Positions 48,107-57,116 of a stretch of 64,000 nucleotides of DNA are shown one piece after another. Under the pieces are notes generated by a model. It had not been told where the DNA came from. It worked only from the letters and a program-made list of their open reading frames with translations, and searched no databases. This DNA is from Vulcanimicrobiota bacterium (GTDB taxonomy: Bacteria > Vulcanimicrobiota > Xenobia > Xenobiales > JADMJV01), in NCBI GenBank assembly GCA_050250895.1, contig JBFWNU010000001.1, positions 1,416,008 through 1,480,007 of the forward strand, in the 5' to 3' direction. Positions within the stretch are counted from its first letter, which is position 1. The number at the start of each line of letters is the position of its first letter. The position numbers and the translations under genes were made by a program.

Positions 48107-48762
48107 TTCTTCACCCCCATGCCGGGTAGAATCGAGGCGTAGTGGCGCAAAATTTCTTTGTAAGACTGAGGCGGGTCGCCGGACTCGGTGGTGTCGACCT
48201 TGATCGGGCGAGCCGCTTCAAGCTCTTCGGTGGTCAGCTCGCAAAGGGGATTCATGGCGTGCTCGGTCATGCCCACCACCAGGATCTTGCCGGCCACCTC
48301 GACCAGGGAGATGGAATGGGTATGGCTCAGGCGCTGGGTCTCGAGCACTTTGAGGAGGGGCTCACTGGCGCTGGACTTGCCGAAGACCCCGGGGGCGATG
48401 GTGGCCAGGCCCTTCAGAGTGCCCCACACCAGCAGGCAGGTGAGGATGAGCGGCAGCATCAAAGCCCGCAGGTCGGCCAGAAAGCCGTCGTTGGGGGCCC
48501 AATCCGGATCGACTCTGGGGTTCCAGGGGTGGGCCTGACCATAGCTGGGGCCCACCTGATGCTGACTGGGGTTGAGGGCCTCACCGAAGGTTACCGGTCG
48601 CTTGTCGGTCTGGCTGTGAGCCGGCGGTGAGGCGGGCGCGTCTTTGGGCCGCGGCGTGATCCGGGCCAGGGTGAACAGCAGCAGGATGAGCATGCAGGCC
48701 ATGGCGCCCGCCACCAACGGAGAGTTACGCCCAGCCTTGTTATAACCCACACCCTGCATCAA
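48103..48762 (-). CDS. fliO: FliO-like export gate chaperone
   Basis: TM, LKVLETQRL, SISLVEVAGKILVVG; position between fliN and fliP. Confidence 0.8.
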   Translation of the reverse strand: MMQGVGYNKAGRNSPLVAGAMACMLILLLFTLARITPRPKDAPASPPAHSQTDKRPVTFGEALNPSQHQVGPSYGQAHPWNPRVDPDWAPNDGFLADLRALMLPLILTCLLVWGTLKGLATIAPGVFGKSSASEPLLKVLETQRLSHTHSISLVEVAGKILVVGMTEHAMNPLCELTTEELEAARPIKVDTTESGDPPQSYKEILRHYASILPGMGVKK

Positions 48763-49031
48763 TTCATCAATTCGGTGATCCGAACTCCGTAATTTCCCTC
48801 GATCTCTACTACTTCGCCCCTGGCGATGAGGGTCCCGTTGACCACCAGGTCGACGGGGTCGTTGCCGTCTTTGTCGAGTTCGATCACCGCTCCCTCACCG
48901 AATTTCAACACGTCACGCACGCTCTTGGTGGTTCGCCCCATCTCGGCTTCGACGATAAAAGGCACGTCGTAAAGGATGGTAAGATCTTCCCTTTTCTTGG
49001 GCCGTTGAGGCTGTGCGTTGTAATCTTCCAC
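48759..49031 (-). CDS. fliN: C-ring SPOA protein, second copy
   Basis: DVPF..EMGRT, GAVIELDK, ARGEVV, YGVRITE. Confidence 0.93.
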   Translation of the reverse strand: MEDYNAQPQRPKKREDLTILYDVPFIVEAEMGRTTKSVRDVLKFGEGAVIELDKDGNDPVDLVVNGTLIARGEVVEIEGNYGVRITELMN

Positions 49032-49333
49032 TATTTCACAATCTCCGTGATGCGAACGCCATACTGACCATCGATCTCGACCACCTCGCCCCGAGCGATG
49101 GCCTTATTGTTGACCAGAATGTCGACCGGCTCACCGATTTCCTTGTCGAGTTCGACCACCGAGCCCACCTGCAGGCGCAGAATATCCCGCACCAGGCGGC
49201 GGGTCTTGCCCAACTCAGCCTGGACTACCAGAGCGACGTCTTTGAGCAGATCGATCGTGTTGGCGTTGGCCCCCTCGGCCACGCTGCCCTCGAGCTGGCC
49301 GAATTGAACCGCTCGGGGTCCTTGATCACTCAT
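49031..49333 (-). CDS. fliN: C-ring SPOA protein, first copy
   Basis: IDLLKDV, ELGKT, GSVVELDK, ARGEVV. Confidence 0.95.
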   Translation of the reverse strand: MSDQGPRAVQFGQLEGSVAEGANANTIDLLKDVALVVQAELGKTRRLVRDILRLQVGSVVELDKEIGEPVDILVNNKAIARGEVVEIDGQYGVRITEIVK

Positions 49334-50309
49334 CGTATTCTTCGTCTCCCTCTTGCAGAACTCGGTTGATCTTGGCAGCCAGCCGACCGTCTTTGATGCC
49401 GGGCTGGCCGAGAAACTTGGTCTTGTTGTTGACCTTGATTCGCAACGGGTCGCGAATCTCTGAATCCAGGCGGATGGTGTCGCCTACCTCGATGGTTAGC
49501 AGCTCTTGAAAGAGCAGTTCGGCGCGGCCCAAACTGACAGAAACCGGCACTTTGGCATTGTGGATGTGCTCGGGAAAGATGATTTTATCATCTTTGGGCG
49601 CCTGGAAGGTGGTGGTCAGCATGAACTCGTCAAACGACCGCTTGGGGATCATCTCTTTGAGATAGCGGAAAGGCACGCAGACGTTGATCAGGCCTTGAGC
49701 CTGGGCCACATCGACCTGGAAGGCGGTCACCACCATCGTCTCGGAGGGGGCGCAGATATAGACGGCATTGGGGTTGAACTCGAGGCTTTGAAACTGGGCC
49801 TCGACCTGGCCGACATCTTTCCAGGCGTCGCCAAAAGCCGATAGCATACGGCCCAGCGGTTTCTTCAGGATGGCCTTCTCGAGATCGGTAAAATAGGGTC
49901 GCAGCTCTTCTCGCGGGGGAGCGCCCTTGCCACCCATCAAGCGCTCGAAGATGGCAAAGGAGAGGTCGAAATCGATGTCGATGAAGCCCGAGGTGTTGTC
50001 ATTGAGGCGGAAGACCAGCACCGGGGTGGGCTCGGGCAAGGAATTCAGGTAGGAGTGGTAGGGAAAGGTCTTGAGCTTGATCAGCTCCATCTGGAAACGC
50101 GACTGGAGCAGGGGAGCCAACTGGGTGACCACCGCCTCGGAAAAGCCCACGAAAATCTTCTCCAGAAAGCGGTTCTGGTCTGAGGTGAATTTTTCGGTCT
50201 GACGAAAGTCAAAGGTGCTGGCACCCTGAAACCGCTGCCGCTGAGCTGCTCTCATCGCTTGGTCGAATCTTCCGCCATTTCCCAATTTCTCTCGGCCCTC
50301 CACGGGCAA
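49326..50309 (-). CDS. fliM: C-ring protein lacking the CheY-binding peptide; exact start uncertain
   Basis: FDFR..KF, LMGGKG, FTDLE, EFNP, SPOA C-terminus; no LSQxEIDALL. Confidence 0.93.
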   Translation of the reverse strand: MPVEGREKLGNGGRFDQAMRAAQRQRFQGASTFDFRQTEKFTSDQNRFLEKIFVGFSEAVVTQLAPLLQSRFQMELIKLKTFPYHSYLNSLPEPTPVLVFRLNDNTSGFIDIDFDLSFAIFERLMGGKGAPPREELRPYFTDLEKAILKKPLGRMLSAFGDAWKDVGQVEAQFQSLEFNPNAVYICAPSETMVVTAFQVDVAQAQGLINVCVPFRYLKEMIPKRSFDEFMLTTTFQAPKDDKIIFPEHIHNAKVPVSVSLGRAELLFQELLTIEVGDTIRLDSEIRDPLRIKVNNKTKFLGQPGIKDGRLAAKINRVLQEGDEEYDE

Positions 50310-50429
50310 TCGGACCCCCGTCCGCTACCCTACGACTCCCCCATTCGTCCGGATTCGTCGAGGGAGCGAGGTACCCTGGTTTTAACTCTCGCTTTTGGGC
50401 CGACAGCGAGACCAGGTTAGAGTCAGAAG

Positions 50430-50479
50430 GCCATCCGATGAGGATGGCTCTCAAGAAGCGGGCGCCCGAGGCGCCCGCT
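50430..50479 (-). terminator. Tandem hairpins after the flgE-like gene
   Basis: AGCGGGCGCC/GGCGCCCGCT stem (50457-50479) with a short U tail, then GCCATCC/GGATGGC (50430-50448). Confidence 0.7.
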
Positions 50480-50492
50480 CGCCTTGGGAAGA

Positions 50493-51308
50493 CTATCGAA
50501 CCAGACCGAGAGCGGACTGGGTGAGCTTGTCCATAGCCCGGAAGGAGGCCATGTTGGCTTCGAAATTCTGCTTGGTCATGCCGATAGCAGCACCTTCTTG
50601 CATGAAGTCGACGTTAGAGAGTTCGAGGCTGCCGGGAGCGATGCTGCCCAGCGCACCCTGGCCGGCCACCCCGATGACGGCGCCGCCCGAATCGGCCGAC
50701 TCGACAAAGCTGGTGGTTCCCGAGCGCTCGAGCGACCCGGCGTTGGCGAATGAGGCCACGGCGGTTTGATAGATGGGAGTGGTGGTGGTGATCTGCTGCC
50801 CCGTGACGGGGTCGGTCATGGTGGCTTCACCATAGAGCTTACCGGTGTCGTCGAAGTGGAAGCCAGTGTATTTTCCGCCGTAAAGATTGGTGTTGGGATC
50901 GAGAGTCAACTCGATCGGCTTGGAGTCGCCCGAGATGTTGCCCTGCGAGTCGAGGGGGAAGCCCATCACCGACTTGCCCATCGCGTCTTTGAGCGAGCCG
51001 TCTTGCCAGGTGAAGCGACCGTCGCGGGTGTAGTGGTTCTGGAAGCCGTCGTTGACCACGAAGAACCCCTGACCGTTGATGGCCAGGTTGGTGTTGGTTT
51101 GGGTTTTGAAAATCTGGCCCTGATCGAAGGAGACGTTGTTTTTCTTGACTTTGGCGCCGCCAGCCAGGGTCGAACTCATAATGTCGTTGAACTGGACCAC
51201 TTCGGCCTTGTAGCCGGGAGTAAACTGGTTCTTGATGTTCTCGAATCGGCTCTGCAGAATCTCCTGGTTTTGAGCCATGTTGTTGGCAGCGTAGTTAAAA
51301 TCAAACAT
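50493..51308 (-). CDS. Short hook/distal-rod family axial protein (FlgE/FlgG-like, no D2 domain)
   Basis: TPGYK, NLAINGQGFF, YTRDGRF, LELSNVD; 271 aa; occupies the flgE position. Confidence 0.9.
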   Translation of the reverse strand: MFDFNYAANNMAQNQEILQSRFENIKNQFTPGYKAEVVQFNDIMSSTLAGGAKVKKNNVSFDQGQIFKTQTNTNLAINGQGFFVVNDGFQNHYTRDGRFTWQDGSLKDAMGKSVMGFPLDSQGNISGDSKPIELTLDPNTNLYGGKYTGFHFDDTGKLYGEATMTDPVTGQQITTTTPIYQTAVASFANAGSLERSGTTSFVESADSGGAVIGVAGQGALGSIAPGSLELSNVDFMQEGAAIGMTKQNFEANMASFRAMDKLTQSALGLVR

Positions 51309-51383
51309 TCGAAATGGTCCTCTCCTTATTTCAACCCTGTGGTGCGGGGCTGTCCCGCTGTTTCTTTCCTACAAAATTCCTCG

Positions 51384-51443
51384 ATTTTAGAGTAACCGAG
51401 GGCAGTTACATGGGCGTTACCGGCCTGTTAACGAAAAGTTAAC
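51384..51443 (-). promoter_or_regulatory. Internal phased-repeat promoter of the flgE-like gene
   Basis: Minus strand GTTAAC, GTTAAC, GGTAAC, TGTAAC starting at 51443, 51432, 51421, 51410; -10 TACTCT at 51394 overlapping TAAAAT at 51389. Confidence 0.75.
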
Positions 51444-51452
51444 CTACTCGAC

Positions 51453-52388
51453 TCAAACAACCTCCTCGACCAGCTTGACTCGCATCGCTTCCAGGCGAAT
51501 GCCCTTGGCTTTCACCTGGGAGAGAAGTTCTTCTTCGCTCTCTTCAAGCAGCTCGCGAGTGGCCCGCGAAGTGGTCTGGAACTCGGCCCGAATACCCTTT
51601 TCGTCGTGAACAAGCGAAATTTTGACATCGCCGAGGTACTCGGGATTGAGCTTGAGGTTGAGTTCGGTCTGGTTGGCCAGATTGCGTACCTCGACATGCG
51701 CCAGGATCTGATTCATCAGGTTCTGGCGCTGCTCAGCTCGCTGGGCTTCGCCCGTCTTGCCGGCTTCCCGGGTCTTCATCGCCTCTTCGGCCAGCATCTG
51801 CTCGAGACGACCACCGGAGTTCGTATTGCCCGAGGCGGCCAGCTGCTCGTTGCTGGTCTTTTGCTCTTTGCCGTCGGCCTCGCGCAGCAGCGAGTCGATC
51901 AGGCGCGAAAGCTGGTTGCGGTCGGTCTGATTGGTCAGCTGGGTCAACTGCGAGTAGGACAGGTCCTTGAGGTTGAGGCCCTTGCCCAGCAGCATTTTCT
52001 GCAGCTCGGAGAGGCCCACCTTGTCCATCGAAAATTCGCCCAGCTTGAAGGCCTGGCGTTCGGCCGTGGACATCGTAGAAGGGTCCTTGTAGGCCAGCGT
52101 CTCGAGATAGGCCTGGAGCTTGGCCCCACCCTTGAGTTGCTCGGGCTTGGCCTCGACTTTGGCTTCGGCCTTAGCAGCTTCTTTGGCGTCTTCTTTGCCT
52201 TTCTTGGCTTTGTCTTCTTTGTCGGGCGCAGCCTTGTCGTCGATGACGCCTTCTTTGCCGCCGCCGCCCGATTGGACCGCGTCATTCATTGCCGAGCTGA
52301 AAGCCCCGGCGTCGCCCTTGTCGGTTTTCTTGCTCGTCTCACTGGCTTTGGTCGTGCCCATGAGTGAGCCGATGACTGGGTTGTCCAC
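51453..52388 (-). CDS. fliK: Length-control ruler protein
   Basis: Disordered charged N-terminus; C-terminal T3S4 motif LKLNPEYLGDVKISL. Confidence 0.85.
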   Translation of the reverse strand: MDNPVIGSLMGTTKASETSKKTDKGDAGAFSSAMNDAVQSGGGGKEGVIDDKAAPDKEDKAKKGKEDAKEAAKAEAKVEAKPEQLKGGAKLQAYLETLAYKDPSTMSTAERQAFKLGEFSMDKVGLSELQKMLLGKGLNLKDLSYSQLTQLTNQTDRNQLSRLIDSLLREADGKEQKTSNEQLAASGNTNSGGRLEQMLAEEAMKTREAGKTGEAQRAEQRQNLMNQILAHVEVRNLANQTELNLKLNPEYLGDVKISLVHDEKGIRAEFQTTSRATRELLEESEEELLSQVKAKGIRLEAMRVKLVEEVV

Positions 52389-52396
52389 CGTGCCTC

Positions 52397-53041
52397 CTAG
52401 ATGCTCTGTCCGTGGTTGGAACTGTAGTAACGATAGTTGTCGAGAACCTTGGCTACGTAATCTTGCGTTTCTTGATAGGGAGGAACGCCGCCGTGCTTTT
52501 CGACTGCACCGGGACCGGCGTTATAACCGGCGATGACTTTGGTCAGGTTGCCGTCGAAGCGGTCCATCAATTGGCGCAGATAGAGGGTGCCGCCCATGAT
52601 GTTCTGATAGGGATCGTAGGAGTCGGTCACTCCCAGCCCGGCAGCCGTCTCGGGCATCAATTGCATCAAGCCCTGGGCGCCTACATAAGAGGTGGCCTTG
52701 GGGTTATAGGCCGACTCTTGCTTGATGACCGAGCGAATCAGGGCCTGATCCACACCGTGTTTCTTCGAGGCCTCGGCGATCATGCCATCAAAATCCTTCG
52801 AGTCGCCATTCCAACGGTTGGCGTTGAGTTTGGCCGGGCCCGAACGAGCGTCATAGCGCTGATCGTCGGCCAGAGAATTGACCAGGCTCTCGAAGGTCAC
52901 CCCTTCGTTGCCGGCCGGCGCGCCGCTGGTCAGATTGGTCTGGCCGGCGTTGGACTGAAATCCGGCTCGCCCTCCCTCGAGTTTCGAATCGAGTTGGGCG
53001 ATCTTCTTCTCGATCGCGGCCATTCTATTGAATACTGACAC
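52397..53041 (-). CDS. SLT lytic transglycosylase without Sec signal
   Basis: QESAYNP, GAQGLMQLMPET, YNAGPG, ETQDYV. Confidence 0.95.
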   Translation of the reverse strand: MSVFNRMAAIEKKIAQLDSKLEGGRAGFQSNAGQTNLTSGAPAGNEGVTFESLVNSLADDQRYDARSGPAKLNANRWNGDSKDFDGMIAEASKKHGVDQALIRSVIKQESAYNPKATSYVGAQGLMQLMPETAAGLGVTDSYDPYQNIMGGTLYLRQLMDRFDGNLTKVIAGYNAGPGAVEKHGGVPPYQETQDYVAKVLDNYRYYSSNHGQSI

Positions 53042-53052
53042 GATGTTCCTCC

Positions 53053-53526
53053 CTATCGCTCTTCGGCTGCTTCGCGTGCCTCACGGGCAAACTTGATGGT
53101 CGCTAGTTCGTCGATCAGACGGGCCTCGACAGCGTCCATCTCGGCCACCCATTCCTCCTGGCACTTTTCCTTGTGTTTTTCGTAGACTTTCTTCTCTTGA
53201 GCCGCCTTCAGTAGAGCTTTCCTCTGCTCTATGATTCTAATGGCTAGCTCTCGTAGACGCAACTCCTGGCTTTTTATTTTGTTCTCTAGATTCTTGATGT
53301 GGGCGGGGTAGAAGCGTAGTTCTTCCATGTTGAGGCTGCCGCTCAGGTGCTTGGTTTTGAGCGTCAGGCGGACATCCCTCAACGTCTGTTCGAGCTGGGC
53401 TTTGACCTGCTTTTCGTAAGCCTCTTGCTCGAGCAGCTTGGCCAGCTTTTCTTTCTCTTCTTCCTCTCGCTTGACTTTGAACTCGAGTACCTTCTCGAGT
53501 CGATACTTGAACTTTTTCGGCGGCAC
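53053..53526 (-). CDS. fliJ: Export ATPase stalk
   Basis: FKYRLEKVL, coiled coil, IDELA; directly after fliI. Confidence 0.88.
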   Translation of the reverse strand: MPPKKFKYRLEKVLEFKVKREEEEKEKLAKLLEQEAYEKQVKAQLEQTLRDVRLTLKTKHLSGSLNMEELRFYPAHIKNLENKIKSQELRLRELAIRIIEQRKALLKAAQEKKVYEKHKEKCQEEWVAEMDAVEARLIDELATIKFAREAREAAEER

Positions 53527-54845
53527 TAGTCTTTGAAGATCCTTCTCAGGTGATCCATCATTTCGTCAAAGGTGCTTTGCTCGTGGATGCCTTGTTTGAG
53601 AAAGGCGGCAATGGCGTCGTTCTTGGCGATAGCATAGTCGACCTTGGGGTTGGAGCCGCGCTGGTAGGCGCCGATGTTGATCAGGTCTTCGTTCTCGCGG
53701 TAGGTGGCCATGGCGTTGCGCAGGCGCCCGGCCAGCTCTTGATGCTCTTTGGTGGCGACTTCGGTAAATACACGAGAGACCGACTGCAGCACGTCCACGG
53801 CCGGATACATATTCTTGTGGGCGATCTTACGCGACAAGACGATGTGGCCGTCGAGAATACCACGAACCGCATCGGCGATCGGCTCGTTCATGTCGTCGCC
53901 GTCGACGAGCACGGTGTAGACAGCGGTGATCGTTCCCTTGGGGGAGGTGCCGGCCCGCTCCATCAGCTTCGGCAAGAGGGCAAAGCAAGAAGGCGTATAG
54001 CCTTTGGTAGCGGGAGGCTCCCCGATGGCCAGTCCGACTTCGCGCTGAGCCATGGCAAAACGCGTCACCGAGTCCATCATCAGCATCACGTTGTAACCCT
54101 GGTCGCGGAAGAACTCAGCCACCGCCGTGCCTGTGTAGGCGGCCTTGAGGCGCACCAGGGCAGGCGTGTCGGAGGTGGCCACCGCCACCACCGAGCGCTT
54201 CATGCCTTCTTCGCCCAGGTCGCGCTCGAGAAAGTCACGCAACTCACGGCCACGCTCGCCGATGAGGGCCAGCACCGCAATGTCGGTTTCGGAAAAGCGC
54301 GCGATCATGGACAGGGTGGTCGATTTACCGACGCCCGAACCGGCGAAGATTCCTACACGTTGGCCGCGGCCGAAGGTCAGGGTCGAGTCCAGCACGCGAA
54401 TGCCCATCGAGATGCGCTCTTCGATGCGCGGTCGGGTGATCGGGTTGGGTGGCGTGTTGTAGATGGGATACTCCTCTTCGCAGTCGAGGGGACCCAGGCC
54501 ATCGATCGGTTCGCCCAGACCGTCGAGTACGCGCCCCAAGAGTCCCCAGCCCACCTTCACCATGAGCGGCTTGCCCGTCGAGCGAACCTCGCATCCCGGG
54601 CCGATGCCACCCATCTCGCCCAGGGGCATGAGCTGGACCCGGTTGGCTTTGAAGCCTACCACCTCGGACCGGATGGAGCGTCCCTCCTGGTCATAAATGT
54701 AGCATAGCTCACCCAGTCGCACGGCCGGTCCCTCGGACTCGATGGTCAGGCCGATGACCTGCACCACTCTGCCGTGCTGCTTGATAGTCTGGATGCGAGG
54801 CAATATCTTTTCGTAGCGGCTAAAATCGACGGCTAACTCAGCCAT
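53526..54845 (-). CDS. fliI: Export ATPase
   Basis: AGSGVGKST, GERGRE, DSVTRFA, LDGHIVLSR; start at MAELAVDF. Confidence 0.97.
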   Translation of the reverse strand: MAELAVDFSRYEKILPRIQTIKQHGRVVQVIGLTIESEGPAVRLGELCYIYDQEGRSIRSEVVGFKANRVQLMPLGEMGGIGPGCEVRSTGKPLMVKVGWGLLGRVLDGLGEPIDGLGPLDCEEEYPIYNTPPNPITRPRIEERISMGIRVLDSTLTFGRGQRVGIFAGSGVGKSTTLSMIARFSETDIAVLALIGERGRELRDFLERDLGEEGMKRSVVAVATSDTPALVRLKAAYTGTAVAEFFRDQGYNVMLMMDSVTRFAMAQREVGLAIGEPPATKGYTPSCFALLPKLMERAGTSPKGTITAVYTVLVDGDDMNEPIADAVRGILDGHIVLSRKIAHKNMYPAVDVLQSVSRVFTEVATKEHQELAGRLRNAMATYRENEDLINIGAYQRGSNPKVDYAIAKNDAIAAFLKQGIHEQSTFDEMMDHLRRIFKD

Positions 54846-56049
54846 TCTCTTCCTCCTGCGAGAACTCGGGCTCGGCCTCGAACTCGGGCTCGGGGGTGAA
54901 TTCTTCTTCGGGTGCAAAATCGGGCTCTTGAGGGGTAACCTCTTCGAGCCCCTGGAAGTCGGGGTCGCCGGGGACCTCGACCGGTTCGGTGGCGGCCTGG
55001 TTGGCGAGTTCTTCTTCGCGCAGTTTGGCCATCTCTTCCATGCCGTGGCGAATCGCATCGAGCTGAGTATGTAATCTGGCGTCGATGTTGCCCAGGTTGG
55101 TCTCGATGGTGCAGCCGCCCGGATCGATGGTCGGATCGGCCACCACCTCAAAGCTCTTGAGCCCTTCGACCATCCGCTCGAAGCTGGCGCGATGATCGCG
55201 TACGATCTGCACATCTTGCGGGTTGACCCGGATCGAGACCTCCTCTCGGTCCTTGATGGCGCCCAGTGCCTGGCGCACGATGGCTAGAATGACCTCGGGG
55301 TCGACCTTGATGGCTTCGCCTAGCACCCGCTCGGCGATCTTGACCGCCAACCGGGCGAGTTCGGGCTCGACCGTGGCCACGATGGCCCGCCGGGCCCGCA
55401 CGGCCTGAACATACATATCCTTGGCCTGGGCAATCCGCTCGACGAACTCGCCCACCGAGGCGTTGTAGCCCTGCTGATGGCCGGCCTGTAGGCCTTCTTG
55501 ATAACCACGCTCGCGAGCCTGCTCTTCGGCCTGCTGGGCCGCCTGCTGGGCCTGCGTGGCCGTCTGCTGCATGTAGTGCTGGGCCTGGGCCTGAGCTTCT
55601 TGCAGCATCTGCTGGGCTTTCATCCGGGCCTGCTCGAGGATCTGCTCGTCGATGGGCGGACCCTTCTGCACCTCTTCTTCGGGCTCTTCCAGGTCTTCGT
55701 CGTCAAACTCGAGTTCGATGGGATCGGGCTGGGGTGGGGCCGGCGGCCGATCGCCGCCCACGATCAGCGTCTGGGTCAGCGGATTGAGGGTGCTCGGCTT
55801 GGTCTCGACCCTCGGCTTGCCACCGATGACACGGCCGGTGCTCTCGACCCTGGGCGGGCTGACCAGCGTCTGCTCGAAGGGAGGCTCCGGCTCGGGTTCG
55901 GGTTCTTCGTCGTCGCGCTCGAGCTGGGTGGGATGCATGGGAGCAAAGCTCTGCCCCTCGGCGTTGTCACGGTGCCGATACAGGTTCGACGAGGGAGCGG
56001 CGGGTTTTTGCTCTACGCTTTCTCCCTTTTTGCGCTTGATGAGTGCCAC
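54838..56049 (-). CDS. fliH: ATPase regulator with long acidic Pro-rich extensions
   Basis: GYQEGLQAGHQQG repeats, IRVNPQD, GGCTIETNLGNIDA. Confidence 0.9.
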   Translation of the reverse strand: MALIKRKKGESVEQKPAAPSSNLYRHRDNAEGQSFAPMHPTQLERDDEEPEPEPEPPFEQTLVSPPRVESTGRVIGGKPRVETKPSTLNPLTQTLIVGGDRPPAPPQPDPIELEFDDEDLEEPEEEVQKGPPIDEQILEQARMKAQQMLQEAQAQAQHYMQQTATQAQQAAQQAEEQARERGYQEGLQAGHQQGYNASVGEFVERIAQAKDMYVQAVRARRAIVATVEPELARLAVKIAERVLGEAIKVDPEVILAIVRQALGAIKDREEVSIRVNPQDVQIVRDHRASFERMVEGLKSFEVVADPTIDPGGCTIETNLGNIDARLHTQLDAIRHGMEEMAKLREEELANQAATEPVEVPGDPDFQGLEEVTPQEPDFAPEEEFTPEPEFEAEPEFSQEEENG

Positions 56050-56058
56050 AAGCGGCTC

Positions 56059-57060
56059 CTATTTGAACTTGATCTTGCCCAGGGTCACCAACCCCCTGAG
56101 GATGTTGCGAATCTGCTGTTGGGCGGCCTTGGTTTCGTCGAAGGGCACCTGGCCCAGACTCTCGACATCGTCGCGCAGAGCCTTGGCCACCTCGGGCGAG
56201 AGGAAGCGATAAATGCGCTCGGCCAGGTCCTTGTTGGCACCCTTGAGGGCCAGCACCAGGTCGCGAAAGTCGGTCAACCGCAGCACCTGCTGCAGCGAGT
56301 TGTCGTCAATATTGTTGAGGTCTTCGAAGTCACACAGCTTGGTCTTGATGTCGCTGGCCAGCCGCGGGCTCTTCTGAGTCAGCCCGGAGAGCACGCTGGC
56401 TTCGGTGCCGCGGTCCGCCTGGTTGAGAATCTGCAGCAACGTTTCCTTGCCATCGCTATGGCTTTGGAAGCCCTCCTCGAGCGCCTTGTGCAGGCGGCCC
56501 TCGAGAATCTTCTCGAGTTCAGAGACTACCTCGCTCGAAACGTGGCCAAGCTCGGCCAACCGCTTGGCCACCTCGGTCTGGGTGGTCGGCGTGAGTTCGC
56601 CGAGCACCGCCGAGGCCTGGTTGGAGTCTAGATAAGACAAGACCACGGCGATGGTCTGCGGGTGCTCTTTGCGGATCAGATGGATCAGTTGGCGCGGATC
56701 GACTTTGCGTAAGAAGCCCAGCGGACGATTGGCCGCCGCACCGGGCGGGCCGCCCATGGTCGGCGGCATCGACTTGCTGCCCATCATGGGCTGGGTGAAA
56801 GCTGCGTGGGCCGGAGCGGTCGGCGCCGAGCCGCCTCCGCCGGAGGACTGAAGAAATTCTTCGATGACTTGAGCTCGGATCTCGGGGGAGATCTGAGGCA
56901 GCTTCGAGATCTCGAGAGTGATGGCCTGAACTTCTTCGGGGCCGAGTTCTCGAAACAGTTGCGCCGAGACCTCGGGAGGGAGCGACATCAGCAAGATAGC
57001 CGCTTTCTGCTTAGGAGGCAGGTTGCTGGTCGAAATGGCCTTCCACTTTCCTTTCTGCAT
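56059..57060 (-). CDS. fliG: Rotor/C-ring protein with degenerate torque helix
   Basis: KAAILL, EHPQ, LALKG; NMSxR replaced by FLSPE, GPVR by GQVP, MFxF by LCDF. Confidence 0.95.
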   Translation of the reverse strand: MQKGKWKAISTSNLPPKQKAAILLMSLPPEVSAQLFRELGPEEVQAITLEISKLPQISPEIRAQVIEEFLQSSGGGGSAPTAPAHAAFTQPMMGSKSMPPTMGGPPGAAANRPLGFLRKVDPRQLIHLIRKEHPQTIAVVLSYLDSNQASAVLGELTPTTQTEVAKRLAELGHVSSEVVSELEKILEGRLHKALEEGFQSHSDGKETLLQILNQADRGTEASVLSGLTQKSPRLASDIKTKLCDFEDLNNIDDNSLQQVLRLTDFRDLVLALKGANKDLAERIYRFLSPEVAKALRDDVESLGQVPFDETKAAQQQIRNILRGLVTLGKIKFK

Positions 57061-57116
57061 GGTTGCGCCCCGGGACAGGCCCGAGGCGCAATTCCATCAT
57101 ATCGAAGTCTGGTCGA

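Noticed and set aside
50250-50280. Frameshifted FliM N-terminus (MAEDSTKR mini-ORF)
   Set aside because: It would need indels and still would not restore LSQxEIDALL.
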